DNA of 64,000 nt from Felis catus (lineage: Eukaryota): positions 26,662,001 to 26,726,000 of the forward strand of contig NC_058369.1 of NCBI RefSeq assembly GCF_018350175.1, in the 5' to 3' direction. Of the stretch, positions 52,463-64,000 are shown piece by piece; position 1 is the first letter of the stretch, and every line of letters begins with the position of its first letter. The notes under the pieces were generated by a model, which did not search any database, was not told the origin of the DNA, and worked only from the letters and a program-made list of their open reading frames with translations. Both the position numbers and the translations under genes were made by a program.

Positions 52463-52989
52463 CTGGTATGTTTTCATATCAAAGAACAAAAAGCCAGAAC
52501 AGAAAGTAGTATATGGTTTGAAATAACTCAGTAAATATAATTAGAGCCATAATGAGAATGTTCCCGTATCATTTTGACATCATGCAAAGCTATATCAAAA
52601 GCATAACTTATTCCTTCATGGAAAATAGGTATTTATTCCTACTCCAATATTAGGATCATATGAGGCTTTCAAAATTACTAACACATTTTATTCTTGTAAC
52701 ATAACCTTACAGAGAGCTACAGGTAATTTGGTTAATGTTAATCACACAACACGCTATATTAAAAAACATAAAAAATGGAACTGATAGCTAATACAGAAAA
52801 ATAATTTCTTCCTTTAAAAGAAGAGGTAGATAAATTTCTAAAGAACCATGGAGAACTGAGATTAAACCTGAAAAAGAATTCTTAAGTGTAATTTAATTAT
52901 GTAATAGTAATAATAATAATACTCATAGTAGCACTTAATAATAACTGAATGTTTAATTTCTTGGCACAATATGGTATATTTGACTGATT

Positions 52990-53150
52990 TTTCTTCTTGA
53001 ATCCTCACAAAGACCATGTGAGGCAGTCATTACTACTATAGTGCCAGCAGTAATTTTATCCCCATTTTATAGATGAGGAAACTGAGGCCCACAAGGTTTG
53101 GGAAATTTGATTAAGGTCTCACAAATGGTGGTAGAGTTGGGACTAAATAT
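52990..53150 (-). mobile_element. MIR
   Basis: cccattttatagatgaggaaactgaggc core. Confidence 0.85.
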
Positions 53151-53849
53151 CTGTGTTATTCATTTCTTTATCTCAGTTTTGTATTGCATGGGAAATATAG
53201 TCTGTAATAATGATCATTAATCTCTAAAGCAAATAAAATGAACACAAGTGCCCCCCTTTTCAACTCTCACAAAAGTCAGACATGCAAGAATGGAAAAACT
53301 AACAGTGAGTGGTAAGCCTTTGGTGCTGGTCTCAATCCTTTCCAATGATTACAAATTTCAAATCACTTTGCCTCTCTGTTAGCCATGAATCTTCAATCTA
53401 TAAAATGGGACAAAAATCTCCTCTTCACCAACAGGGTTTTTGTATAGCAACAAGAGAAAATAAAAAGCACTTTATAAATGGAAGAGATTAGTTAAAATAT
53501 ATAATTAAGAAAACTTAAAATGCAGGTGGAGTTCTCAAAATATAGTGACAGTAGAATGCTATATTATTTCCTTGCCAATCATCATAAAATAAAAACACAG
53601 GGTACTGTGGCAATTTGAAATAGTGGAATAAAGAGAATAATAGGTTCTAGATGATAATATATGTATAAATTTGAACATACTTCAATATCTGCCATCTTTT
53701 TCATTTTTATTTATTTAATTATTTTTTTCATATTTTTCATTTTTAAATGATAATTCTCTGGATGTAAGATCTAGTCAAGAATATAACTTCGAATTTATCT
53801 TCACAAGAACATTTCTAACTGTTTTCCCCTAGCTATCAAAACTTATGCA

Positions 53850-54062
53850 TGGTGGCTCAGTAAGTTAAGCGTCTGACTTCAGCTCAGGTCATGATCTCAT
53901 GGCTTGTGAGTTCGAGCCTCGCATTGGGCTCTGTGCTGACAGCTCAGAGCCTGGAGCCTGCTTTGGATTCTGTGTCTCCCTTTCTCTCTGCTCCTCCTCA
54001 GCCTGCTCTCTCTCTCTCTCTCTCTCTCTCAGAAATAAATACACATAAAAAAAATTAAAAAC
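53850..54062 (+). mobile_element. Can-SINE, slightly 5'-truncated
   Basis: TSD aaacttatgca at 53839 and 54063. Confidence 0.95.
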
Positions 54063-54083
54063 AAACTTATGCACGATTCTTAC

Positions 54084-54246
54084 CATGAATAGGTACGGTC
54101 TGCTTTATTTGGCAAATATTTTCTTTATGTCTTTGCTCCTCCGACGCAGGTATCAGTGAGGCTGACATTTCTGCACTGCTAACACAGTTCTCTGCCATAG
54201 ACTGTTGGCATGATCGGTTATTTCTGGACCCAATGGATCTTATTGT
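54084..54246 (-). CDS. CFAP20DC: CFAP20DC internal coding exon B (163 nt, phase 0 to 1)
   Basis: Acceptor ttatag|ACA, donor CAT G|gtaaga. Encodes TIRSIGSRNNRSCQQSMAENCVSSAEMSASLIPASEEQRHKENICQIKQTVPIH. Not in the ORF track; translated by hand and in frame with its neighbours. Confidence 0.92.
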
Positions 54247-54930
54247 CTATAAGGAAAAGGAATTATCTGCACATTTTTAAATATGGGAATTGCATTTATT
54301 TCCTGTAGAATATACACAGATTAATAATATTTGGGCAACTAAAATGTGAGGAAAAAAAACTAGAGGAAATGAATAGATTAGAAAGTTGGTGGAGAAGAAA
54401 ATTATAGTAGAAAATTGGAAAGGAATGGAAGGAGAAATATAACATGAGATAAAACAGAAGTCAAGCGAGTCTTCTAGACACAAGTTAAAATGTGCTTATT
54501 TGATACATTCCATCTTTAGTAGGTAGGCGGTGAGTTGAAAATTTCTGTGTATGTCTGAAATTCGGAGGAAATTAAAAATAAAAATACAACATTTGAGAAT
54601 CTGGTTGTTGTAAGGTGTCTGGTGATGATCCAATTCCTTTTTGAAGGAGAGACCATAAAATGTGCTCACATATATTTGTCTTTAAGTTTTGTGAACACAG
54701 TTAATGAAAAGAATATTCAGAAATGTTAATTGTGTTGATATGGCAAAAATAAGACAGTTTTGAGGTTTTTTTTAAAAATCCAGAATTTGTTCCAAATTTA
54801 TTCAAGCCTTCTGCTTTTGGCATGTAGTCTCTCTTCTTCTTCCCCAACCCCCAATCCCTGCACTGGGGAAAAAACCCTTCCCTTCCCATGCCTCTCACGC
54901 TTAGATGAGCTCTTCAAATCTTGCTCCTAC

Positions 54931-55067
54931 CTCACTGGATATCCTCATGTTATTTCTTCTGCCAGAGAGTGGAGGTGGTCCAAGTACTCTGGATCCAAAG
55001 GCGATATGACAAACATCATGATTTTTACTGGTACGCACACTGCCTGTTCCCTTGTTAATGAACTGAT
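54931..55067 (-). CDS. CFAP20DC: CFAP20DC internal coding exon A (137 nt, phase 1 to 0)
   Basis: Acceptor aaacag|AT, donor GAG|gtagga. Encodes (D)[45 protein letters not shown], matching my recollection of human C3orf67/CFAP20DC. Confidence 0.92.
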
Positions 55068-55149
55068 CTGTTTTGTTTAAGGAAGGCAATAATAGTCCAT
55101 TAGTGGATATAATGACTAGTACCATGCTGCAATGTTTCTGAAAATACAA

Positions 55150-55332
55150 TCCAGGTGTCACATGATCCAAATTCCACTACAGGGCACTTATAAAAAATGC
55201 AGATGCTGAAGGCTAACATCAGATCTACCAGATCTGTAGAATTAGCATCTTAGGGAGGGGAGGCAGAAATCTATAATTTTAACAAGCTCTCCCAAATAGT
55301 TCTTATGCTCACAGTCATTTGAGAACCACTGC
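55150..55332. mobile_element. MER5-like hAT DNA transposon remnant
   Basis: aaaatgcagat...ttttaacaagctctcc...tttgagaaccactg end motif. Confidence 0.7.
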
Positions 55333-55610
55333 CACAAATATTTTGCCTCAAAAAAAGAGAGGAGGAGGGAGAGAAAAGAAAGAACAGTTACTAAAAAATA
55401 CATCCTAGTAAGGAAGTAGTTTAAATAAAACTAAGTCAAGTGAACAGATATTTGATTGAGCACTCTCTTGAGCACATACTAGAGGTTATCAGGGACACAA
55501 AATAGATAAGATATACTGCTTGCCCTCGAGGAGTCTGGAGGGAGGTGATAGTACAACAGGTAACCGTAACATAAAGCAGACCAGTGGGAATGAAGAATAA
55601 GTGACCTCTT

Positions 55611-55816
55611 ATACCTCAAATAATTAAAATTAGAATTACCCTACAATCCAGTAATCACACTACTGGGTATTTACCCCCCCAAATACCAATACATTAATTC
55701 AAAGGATACCTGTACCCCTATGTTTATTGCAGCATTATTTACAATAGCCAAACTATGGAACTATGGAAGCAGCCCAAGTGTCCACTGATAGATGAATGGA
55801 TAAAGAAGATGTGAAT

Positions 55817-55866
<50 letters not shown>

Positions 55867-56191
55867 CACTAAGTTACTAAATATTATTTAGTGTTAAAAA
55901 AGAATGAAATCTTGCCCTTTGCAACGACATAGATGGAGCTACAGAGTATTATACTAAACAAAATAAGCCAATTAGAGAAAGACACATACCATATGATTGC
56001 ACTCATATGTGGAATTTAAGAAACAAAACAAATAAGAAAAGGGGTCAGTAAAAAAGAGAGGGACAACCAAGAAACAGATTATTAATGACAGAGAACAAAC
56101 TGATGATTACCAGAGGGGAGGTGGGTGGGGGAAGGGTGAAATAGGGGATGGGGATTAAGGAGTGCACTTCTCACGATTAAAAAAAAAGAAA
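55611..56191 (+). mobile_element. 5'-truncated carnivore L1 with an internal (CA)n
   Basis: L1 3' sequence; 18-bp TSD aaga(a/g)taagtgac(c/t)tctt at 55593 and 56192; (CA)n at about 55820-55860. Confidence 0.92.
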
Positions 56192-56484
56192 AAGAGTAAG
56201 TGACTTCTTGAGTGGACCTTGAATGACATAAGATTTCAAGAATGAAAGATGTGGGGTGCCCTAGACAGAAAAAAGTGTCTGAATAAAGACAAGGAAGAGT
56301 GAACTGGTAGGGTATCCTTGGGGAATGAAATTACCAGTTTAGCTGGAAGGATGAGTTTGGGTCACAATGAACAGAGCCTTAAAATGCTAAGAGCCAATTT
56401 TAAATTTGGTTAGGCAACAGGGTATCATTGAAAGTTTTGTGGGAGAAAGAGAACAAATTGGTTTCACCTCCAGGATAGGGCAGA

Positions 56485-56830
56485 TGTGATTACCAAACCT
56501 TGCTGTCTTTCCCTTCTTCTGGGCATACAGCTACATTACATTTTGAGCCTTTTCTGCAGTTATATGGGTCATGTGACTGAGTTCTGGTTAATGAGACCGT
56601 AAGAAGTGAAATGTGAGAAGTGTAAACTAATTCCTGGCCTCTAAAACCCCCTGCATAATCCCCAGTAATCTCTCTGCCCTCATCTCTTGACAAGATGAAG
56701 AAGATCCAAGGGAGGACTTTAAGGCTCCGAGAAGAATCATTGCATAAAAGGAGGCTTGGTCTCTGAATGACCACATGGAAGGCTGCTGGAGGAACTCCTG
56801 ACTAGATAAGGCTGTGGGGCTCTTTGTGAC
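56485..56830 (+). mobile_element. MaLR LTR (MLT1-like) remnant
   Basis: ggtcatgtgactgagttctgg...gaggcttggtctctgaatgaccacatggaagg motifs. Confidence 0.65.
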
Positions 56831-57659
56831 GGTAGGTAGGCTTCCCGGACTAAAAGAGCAGGTGAGGGTGATGGTCCTTAAATCAAAAAACTGCCTGCAA
56901 GCTAGAAAGTCTACTGCTCTGCTCACTTGCAAGACAGAACCAACTTGAATATTATGATGTCGGTTCCAAGTAAGTCCACGTTTGTCCCACAGTCCTGGAT
57001 ATACATGAGCTATTGGCCACTTCCTGTCTGATCTATTCCTTGAAAAAATTCCTATAGTTAGCTGGGTGGTCTCTTTAGCCTCTGCTGTAGAGCTATGATT
57101 TTACATGTGCTAGAGTTAAAAACCACTCCCCTGAGAAGGCATGAGAAAAGGCACAAAAATTAGTGAAAGCATGCCACGCTTGGGAAGCTCCAAGTATTTA
57201 TTTAGATCTGAGTGGAAGCAACATGTGTGGAAAGATGGGTGTTCTGGGTCTGGTTTTGTGTCTGCAACAGATGAAGCTGAAGGGCTGGGCAAGGGTCAGA
57301 TTGCTGACATGGTATGAGAGAATGTTTGCTGGACAGAAGACTAAAATGGCTGGCAAAGTGGTGAGCAGCTGTACTGTTTCAGTTTTCTTCAAATTCTTGA
57401 AGCCCTGTTTGGTAGAAGAGAGGTTCCATTTGTCCAAAGGGCAAGAACATAACTAATGAGAAGAATTTACTTCAAGGTTTTACTCCAACATAAGGAGCAT
57501 CTTTCTTTAATTAAGCATGTCTGGTCATGGTGGTGGAGAATTTTCTGTCATTTTGAAGGTGTCCAAGCAGAAGTGTGGGAAGCTATTCTGGCTGTTCTGA
57601 GGCAGATTCAGATACCAGATGACTTCCTACTTTCCATTTCTACTTTCCATTTCTAGCCT

Positions 57660-58435
57660 AGTCCTCTCTTCAGAGCTCTACTCCTTGTCTCCAGTGGCCT
57701 TCTTGCTCAATTCCTTTTCCATGTCTCCAAGATGCTTCCAACAGAAAACTTGGTCTAGAGTATGGCACTACAATCCATTGAGTTTGAACAGTTAGGATCT
57801 GGGTATCATTCTTGACTCCTCCCTCCACCTTCTCCACAGCCAATCCATGTCCACTTCTCTGTACTGCCTCTGCCAGCACTGCAATCCAGGCGATCATCAT
57901 CCCTCTCCTGGATGATTGCAAAGCCTCTAAGTGACCTACCATGTCTGTTCTGGCTCCCTGTCCCATGCCCTCTCCAAAATGCGGCCAGAGTGGTCTTATG
58001 ATGGAGGCACTCCTTTCCCTCAAAACTTTTCAATGGCTTCCCTGCTGCTCTTAGGATTAAGAAGAAAGCCCTTAACAGTAGCTGCAAAAACCTACATGTT
58101 CTTGCTTCACTTCATACCTTTCACTCTCATTTTCTGCTCTCTCAAAAGCCTGGCCTCCTCAGCTCTTCCTGCCTACCAGACCATTTGTGCATGCTGTTCC
58201 CCATGGCTAGAAGGCTCTTCCAGTACAGGTATTCCCATAACCTTTCCCTCACATAAATTTCCGTCAAAATTGCCCTTTTACATGTGTTTATGGGATTCTC
58301 TGATAATATATGCTTCAGTAGATATAAACTCAGTAGCCTACTTCTTCACCCCTGAATTGCTAGTCTGGTGCCTGACATGGAGTTATAGATACTTGCTGAG
58401 CAAAATGAATAAATCATTAAATGTAATGAATCAAA
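57660..58435 (+). mobile_element. L2 3' remnant
   Basis: Degenerate L2 body ending in ggtgcctgacatggag...cttgctgagcaaaatgaataaat. Confidence 0.65.
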
Positions 58436-58463
58436 GGGATGTTGGATTAAATGACTAAATATT

Positions 58464-58484
58464 TCTTTTTTTTTTAAATTTATT

Positions 58485-58523
<39 letters not shown>

Positions 58524-58656
58524 ACAGACAGAGAGGGACAGAAGATCCAAAGCAGGCTCTGCACTGACAGCAGCAAGTCTGATGCAGGGCTTGAACCCAT
58601 GAACCATGAGATGATGACTTGAGCTGAAGTCAGACGCTCAACCACCCAGGTGCCCC
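58464..58656 (-). mobile_element. Can-SINE
   Basis: TSD aatgactaaatattt. Confidence 0.94.
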
Positions 58657-59332
58657 AATGACTAAATATTTTTAACTTTGGCTAGAATTTCAGTTTTCAT
58701 TTTAAGAAAAATCTGTCTGTGAACTGAGGACGAAGACTGGATAGGACTGGACAACTGCCAGGATATGGGGGATGAGAAGGATCAACAATGACCAACACAC
58801 ATTGATAATTAAATGAGTGGTATGGCTTTCAACAGCAGTAATGCTATGGCACTACAATCAGATGCCTACTCAGATTACATGTGACGTTTTCTAGTGTTAG
58901 CAAATAGATTATTGGTTGTATGTACATCTGTGTTTTAAAAGTCATTATAAATATCCATTTGGAGTTAACAAAACCCTGTTAGCCTCTCAGGACCAATAAC
59001 AGAAAGAAATGACACTCAAATCCCAGGCCAATTGGAAAATTTTGTTATAGAATCTATCATCGTTTTTACCTTTTGTGACCAAGTAGAACAAATCCTGGAC
59101 TATTGATTTTGTTCTCAAATGTGGATTTTCCCCAGAAAGAGCCACTGAGGGTCCTGAATGTCATGGGAGTTGGCTTGGGCCTACATGGAAATTTTCAGTA
59201 ATCAGAATAGGAGAATTTTTTTTTTTTTGGAACTTCCAGTCATGGGAACCATTAGGAATGGGCATATTTTTTGCATATCTTTCTGTTCAAACATCTTATG
59301 GGGCAATTTCCTTAATGTTTTTTCTTACTCTT

Positions 59333-59364
<32 letters not shown>

Positions 59365-59393
59365 TATATATACATATATATATATATGTATAT
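59333..59393. repeat. Compound (TA)n/(CA)n microsatellite
   Basis: Read directly. Confidence 0.92.
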
Positions 59394-62300
59394 GTTCCCC
59401 CCAATTAATTTAAGCTCCTTTGAATAGAAAGGCCATTTATTTGGTACTGTATGTATCCCCACCTGTGGAGCCCAGTACAGTACATGGTAGACAACGGATA
59501 AATCTCACCACAATTATAAATAGCATTCAAGATTAAAAGGAAGATTTTTTTAGGGGAGGGCATATTTAAAAGGTCATACTGATATAGTTCCAGCTTTAAT
59601 TCAACAAAATGTACATATTAACTAGTTTGTAGGTATTTAAAAAAATTCCTAAATACCCTGAATTTTTTAGAGGAATATCTTGCTTAGCAGTAGATATCCA
59701 GTGACCATTAAAGGTATACCTAAACCTCATATAATACAATCTTCTAAATCACAGAAAGTTAGATATGATCCTCATCTATAGGGTTTCTTTAAAGAGTAAT
59801 CTATCACTACGCATTTAAATTTAAGTCTATTTTCTAAAATTTACAAATGCTAGTGCATGTTTTCACAAACCAATACTCTATATATCAATACTCTCCCATT
59901 AGGTTATCTCCTTAGTTAATAGACTCAATTTTTTTTGGTACAATTAACATATATACATTCTTAAAGCCTGTTTCATTTTAGTAATTCTATTTATAATCAT
60001 TGTCATGATTCTCTCTGTAAATATGTATCATGCTATTTATCTACTGTAAGAGAATCCTAATTAAAACCTACAAGGGAAAGTAACTTAGACTTTGGTTTCT
60101 AAAATAAAAAGTAAAAGGGACAAAGTTTCTATCTATAATGAGAAAAATCTTAATAAAAGAACACTACAAGCAGAAACCCATGCCTTTTGAATTCTAAAGG
60201 GAGCTCTTTTAAGAATGATATCAATATGCACAATATAAGGTTAAAAATCACGATTAAAGTCATGCTCTAGGCGTTTCATTTTCTTGAGTTTGTGGAAAAT
60301 GAACTTGGTGTAGGTCAGAGATGTTACCATTAATTATTTTGCTATTTTATGAGGTGTACATGCCTTTGTAGTTAGAATATAAAACCTGAGGGTCTACTCT
60401 CTAATTGTCTCTTAGAAAAATAAACATTCATTTTTGTCTCAAGATACAATGTTCTAATTATAATAGTCATTTAAGTTTGCAGGGTTTTCAAAGCTTAACC
60501 AGAAAAACCTGCTGAATTTTCAACTCTAATCATTGAAGGGTCATGCTCAAGACTTACATCTATTATCTAGCCATCAAATCAGAATTAAACTTGCTACCAG
60601 AATCCAGACCTTGAATTGGATTAATTTTTATTTTATTATATGTGCACTGTTATAAAGAATGTCAAAAATACAAAAAGGGCTGTTCTGTGGAGCAATATTA
60701 TTTTAGACAAGGTGCTTAACCTTTCTAAGCCTCACTTTCTTTCATTAAGATTGAGATAATGACAGTGCTTAAGTTATGGTGCTTTTGTTAGATTGTATGA
60801 AACAATGCATGTAACATGCCAAATACTGTGCTTAGTAGGGACTAAATGGTTAGTAAATATGCTATTAATATATTACATCTTGAATAGCATTTAACACTTT
60901 ACAAAGTCTGTTCATAATCATTTATTTATTCCTTCATTCACCTATCCTTTCAGTAATGATTAGGCATCTGCCCTGGCCAGCCGCTCTAGGCACAGAGTAA
61001 GACAGGGAATAAGATGAACACATAGCTCTTTCAAGGAGCCCACAGTCTCATGGGGGAGACAGATATTACAGCAAGTCATTCATAAATAACTACATGATTA
61101 CCAGTGTGATAAGAGGTGTGCAGGAAAAGTTCGGAAGGTTATTAAGTGTATTTAACAGAGGGCTGGTATCTAGTATTGGGGTTAGCGGGGGAGAGACATT
61201 CAACTTGGAATCTAAAAGATGACGGATATGATACGTACATAGCCTCTGTGCAATTTCCAATCACTTGTGATATTATCCTATGTCCTCTGTAGATGAAGAA
61301 ATGGAGGCTCATGATGTTCAGAGATCTGTCCACACAGAGCAGGGGCTCAGAACTCCAGTGTCCCAAGGCTTACCACACACGATGCTGCCCTCAGTGGGCC
61401 ACGAGGGCATTGCAGGGGATTCTTCCCATGTCCGCTATTTATTTTCTGTGCAGTTTTGTGAAGACATCTGATGAAACACTTATTTTGCTATCTGAAAAGT
61501 GGGTCTGTTAATGCCTGTATAGGTAAGTACCAGAATTTTAAGGATATGATAGTTAATGTATGTGGTGAAGACAAATGGGGTTTATGAGGTATCAAATATA
61601 GAATATAATACTGTAATATCCTTTTTCAGAGGAAAGAAAGTGGGGTGTGGGGAGAAGGACAAATGGAAACGGAAGTGGGTTCAATGCCAGGCAGGTAACA
61701 CATATGTGAAAGGCAGGCACTTACAGAATGTGAGGTGGGGGAAGTGTGGCTAATTTGAGAGTGCACATCCTATGCAGAAAATTTTATTTCAAAACTCTTT
61801 TAGACCAGTTGGGAGGACTGGCAGTCTGTAAACTCTGGAAGCATGATGAAAAGACAGGTAGGTAGGTGAGTGACTAAAGCAGGGAAGGCCTTAGGTGATG
61901 AAAATCACTTTTCAATTTTTGCAAATAATTAATACCAGTATTTAGCCATATCTCATTAATAAAAAATTTAAGACATTTTTGAAAGGCAATAAAACACATT
62001 AAAAACTAAAATTAGAATAGCTCTTTCTCCACTAAACTTGTGTACGACCTTAGACAATGTCATCTGTGTGTAAAGTTAGGCTATGGCAACAAGATAAAAA
62101 GCAATAAAGCACAAGATATTACTTTTCTTCACAAACTCTTAATTTATTAAAAAGCTATCAATGGCCTACTTTTTGGTCTTTACTATTAATGAGTAAAGGA
62201 ACATTTTCAGGGAAACAGTTTTATCATCTCAGGAAAACTTTCCATTTTTAATAAAGAATGGAGCTTATACATAACATAGGCCTTAGTACATAATTTCCAC

Positions 62301-62539
62301 CATTTGGTTTTGGAACTAGGACAGTTTCCTATAATATGAGAGAAGGCTCCCCCGAAATTGCTTAATGGGAGTGAGTAATTAAGAATGCATCTCTAAAACA
62401 GACTGCCTGGTCAATCCTAGGTCTACCACTCACTAATTACTTTATCTCTGTGAGCCTCAGTTTCCTTATCTTCAAAATGGTGATTCTGATGGTTTCTACA
62501 CAAAAAGGTGTATCAGAGGATTAAATGGGATAAATGATG

Positions 62540-63061
62540 TGTGATGGCTAATTTTATGTATCTATCATCTTGACTGGGCCACAGGGTGCCCAGATTAACT
62601 ATGACTCTGAGAGTGACTGTGAGGGCAAGTCTGGATGAAATTAACATTTGAATTGGTAAATTCCACCCCAAGCCCCATGGTAGGTGGGCATCATCACCCA
62701 ATCCACGGAGGAGCTGAATAAAACAAAAAAGTGGAGGAAGGGAGAATTTGATCTCTCTGCCTGACTCCTTAAGAAGTCTGCAGCTGCCCTCCGACTGGCA
62801 CTTTCACTATCAGGTCTCCTGGTTCTCAGGCATTTGGGTTTGGACAGGAACTACATCATCGGCTCTTCTGGGTCTCCAGCTTGATGACTGCAGATCCCGA
62901 GACTTCTCAGTCTCCAAAACTGCGTGACCCAATGCCTTATGATAGGTCTCTCTCTCTTTATTCTAAAACCTAATGGTGGAAGTTATCTATCAAGGCCTGT
63001 ATTATATGTAAGTTGTATATATGTGTGTGTTCTGTTTCTCTGGAGAAACCTGACTAATACA
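62540..63061 (+). mobile_element. MLT2 (ERVL) solo LTR inserted in a MIR
   Basis: Begins tgtgatggctaattttatgt...cttgactgggccacagggtgcccaga and ends ctgactaataca; 5-bp flanks tgatg / ttatg; MIR sequence before and after. Confidence 0.88.
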
Positions 63062-64000
63062 TTATGTAAAAGATATAGCAAAAACTTACTAAACATTAGT
63101 GGTGATGATGATGATGATTTGCTACTTAATATACTCACCTGCTCAAATTATATGGCTAGCATCACTCATTGATTACTTAATTCACAAATATCTATTCAGT
63201 TCCTGTAAGTGTTAAAGACTGAGCTAGGTGCTAGGGATACTAGGACCCCTGCAGTTTTGAAGCTCACATTCCAGTTGGGGACACAACAATAAGCAAACAA
63301 TTAAGTAAACAAGAAGATACCAGGTAAGGATAAGTGCTGTGATGGAAACGAAAGCAGAGTGATGTTACAGAGAGGATGAGGACCTTGATGATTACAGTCC
63401 CAGGTTCACCACTATGTGAACTATGTGTAAAAATGTATGTGAGCATAATTCATACTAATACAGTATAGGTTAAAACACATATTTCCCTATTATATCATAA
63501 ATAAAGAAATTTGATATTTAACTATATACTTAAAAGATTTTATTTTGTCACTACTTTTGGATTTACTTCCCACTATATATCTTAAATGAAAATACTGACA
63601 TTAGATAAAGAAATATATTTTAATTTTATAGCAATTCTCTGGGTTTTTCAAAAGACAGAAAAGCATATAGAAGAAACTAAAAATGTCTCATAATTGCTCT
63701 AACATAATACATCTAGTAATATCACAAATCATGAATGAAGTAAGTTAAAATTCTCTAATAGAGGAAGACATGAGAAGTAAAAGTCTTATCTTCCTGCCCC
63801 TTGCCTCTACTAGTCCTCGTTCTTAAAGGTCACTGTAAATTTTTTTGTATTTCCTTAAAAAAATGTACGCATATACCAGCATTCCTAGGTAGCTATCTTA
63901 TTTACTTAAGTCAGTGGGGTCATACAGAAATAGCATCCTATGTTTCCATGTTTCACTGACACAGCTTTGAGACCTTTCCAGACCATCATAAGCAGATCAG

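Noticed and set aside
57670..58458. 175-aa and 117-aa ORFs
   Set aside because: They lie within an L2 remnant and show no recognisable homology or exon support.
1225..58645. Recurrent ORFs beginning MAQSVK...TSAQVMIS that look like a paralogous small-protein family
   Set aside because: All are translations of Can-SINE bodies, not genes.
1202..58656. Dispersed similar repeats as a CRISPR-like or novel array, or SINE heads as tRNA genes
   Set aside because: They are irregularly spaced tRNA-derived SINEs with A tails and TSDs. There is no repeat-spacer periodicity, no cas-like ORF and no complete cloverleaf.
55068..64000. Upstream CFAP20-domain exons, promoter or CpG island
   Set aside because: No matching exon or CpG-rich region seen; presumably beyond the right edge.
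1..64000. Antisense lncRNA like the one I recall annotated at the human locus
   Set aside because: It cannot be located or supported from sequence alone.

Overview
Mammalian genomic DNA, almost certainly from a cat or other felid, judging by about 26 Can-SINE/SINEC_Fc-type elements and carnivore L1 fragments. The whole window lies inside one minus-strand gene that I recognise as CFAP20DC (C3orf67). Eight internal coding exons (55067 down to 8765, 1510 nt) have canonical AG/GT sites and splice into one open frame. The N-terminal CFAP20-domain exons and the last exons lie outside the window. The rest is intron, filled with SINEs, L1, L2, MIR, LTR and DNA-transposon remnants, and microsatellites. 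Most ORFs in the supplied track are chance or repeat-derived. I found no convincing new biological system. The best second-look items are local: a perfect 14-bp hairpin beside a weak-signal exon, an apparently shifted NAGNAG acceptor, a solo LTR with nested SINEs, a polyadenylated LTR-derived mini-retrocopy, inverted SINE pairs, and young, possibly polymorphic SINEs. The gene call and repeat family names come from recalled sequences, not a database search. Repeat boundaries are approximate.
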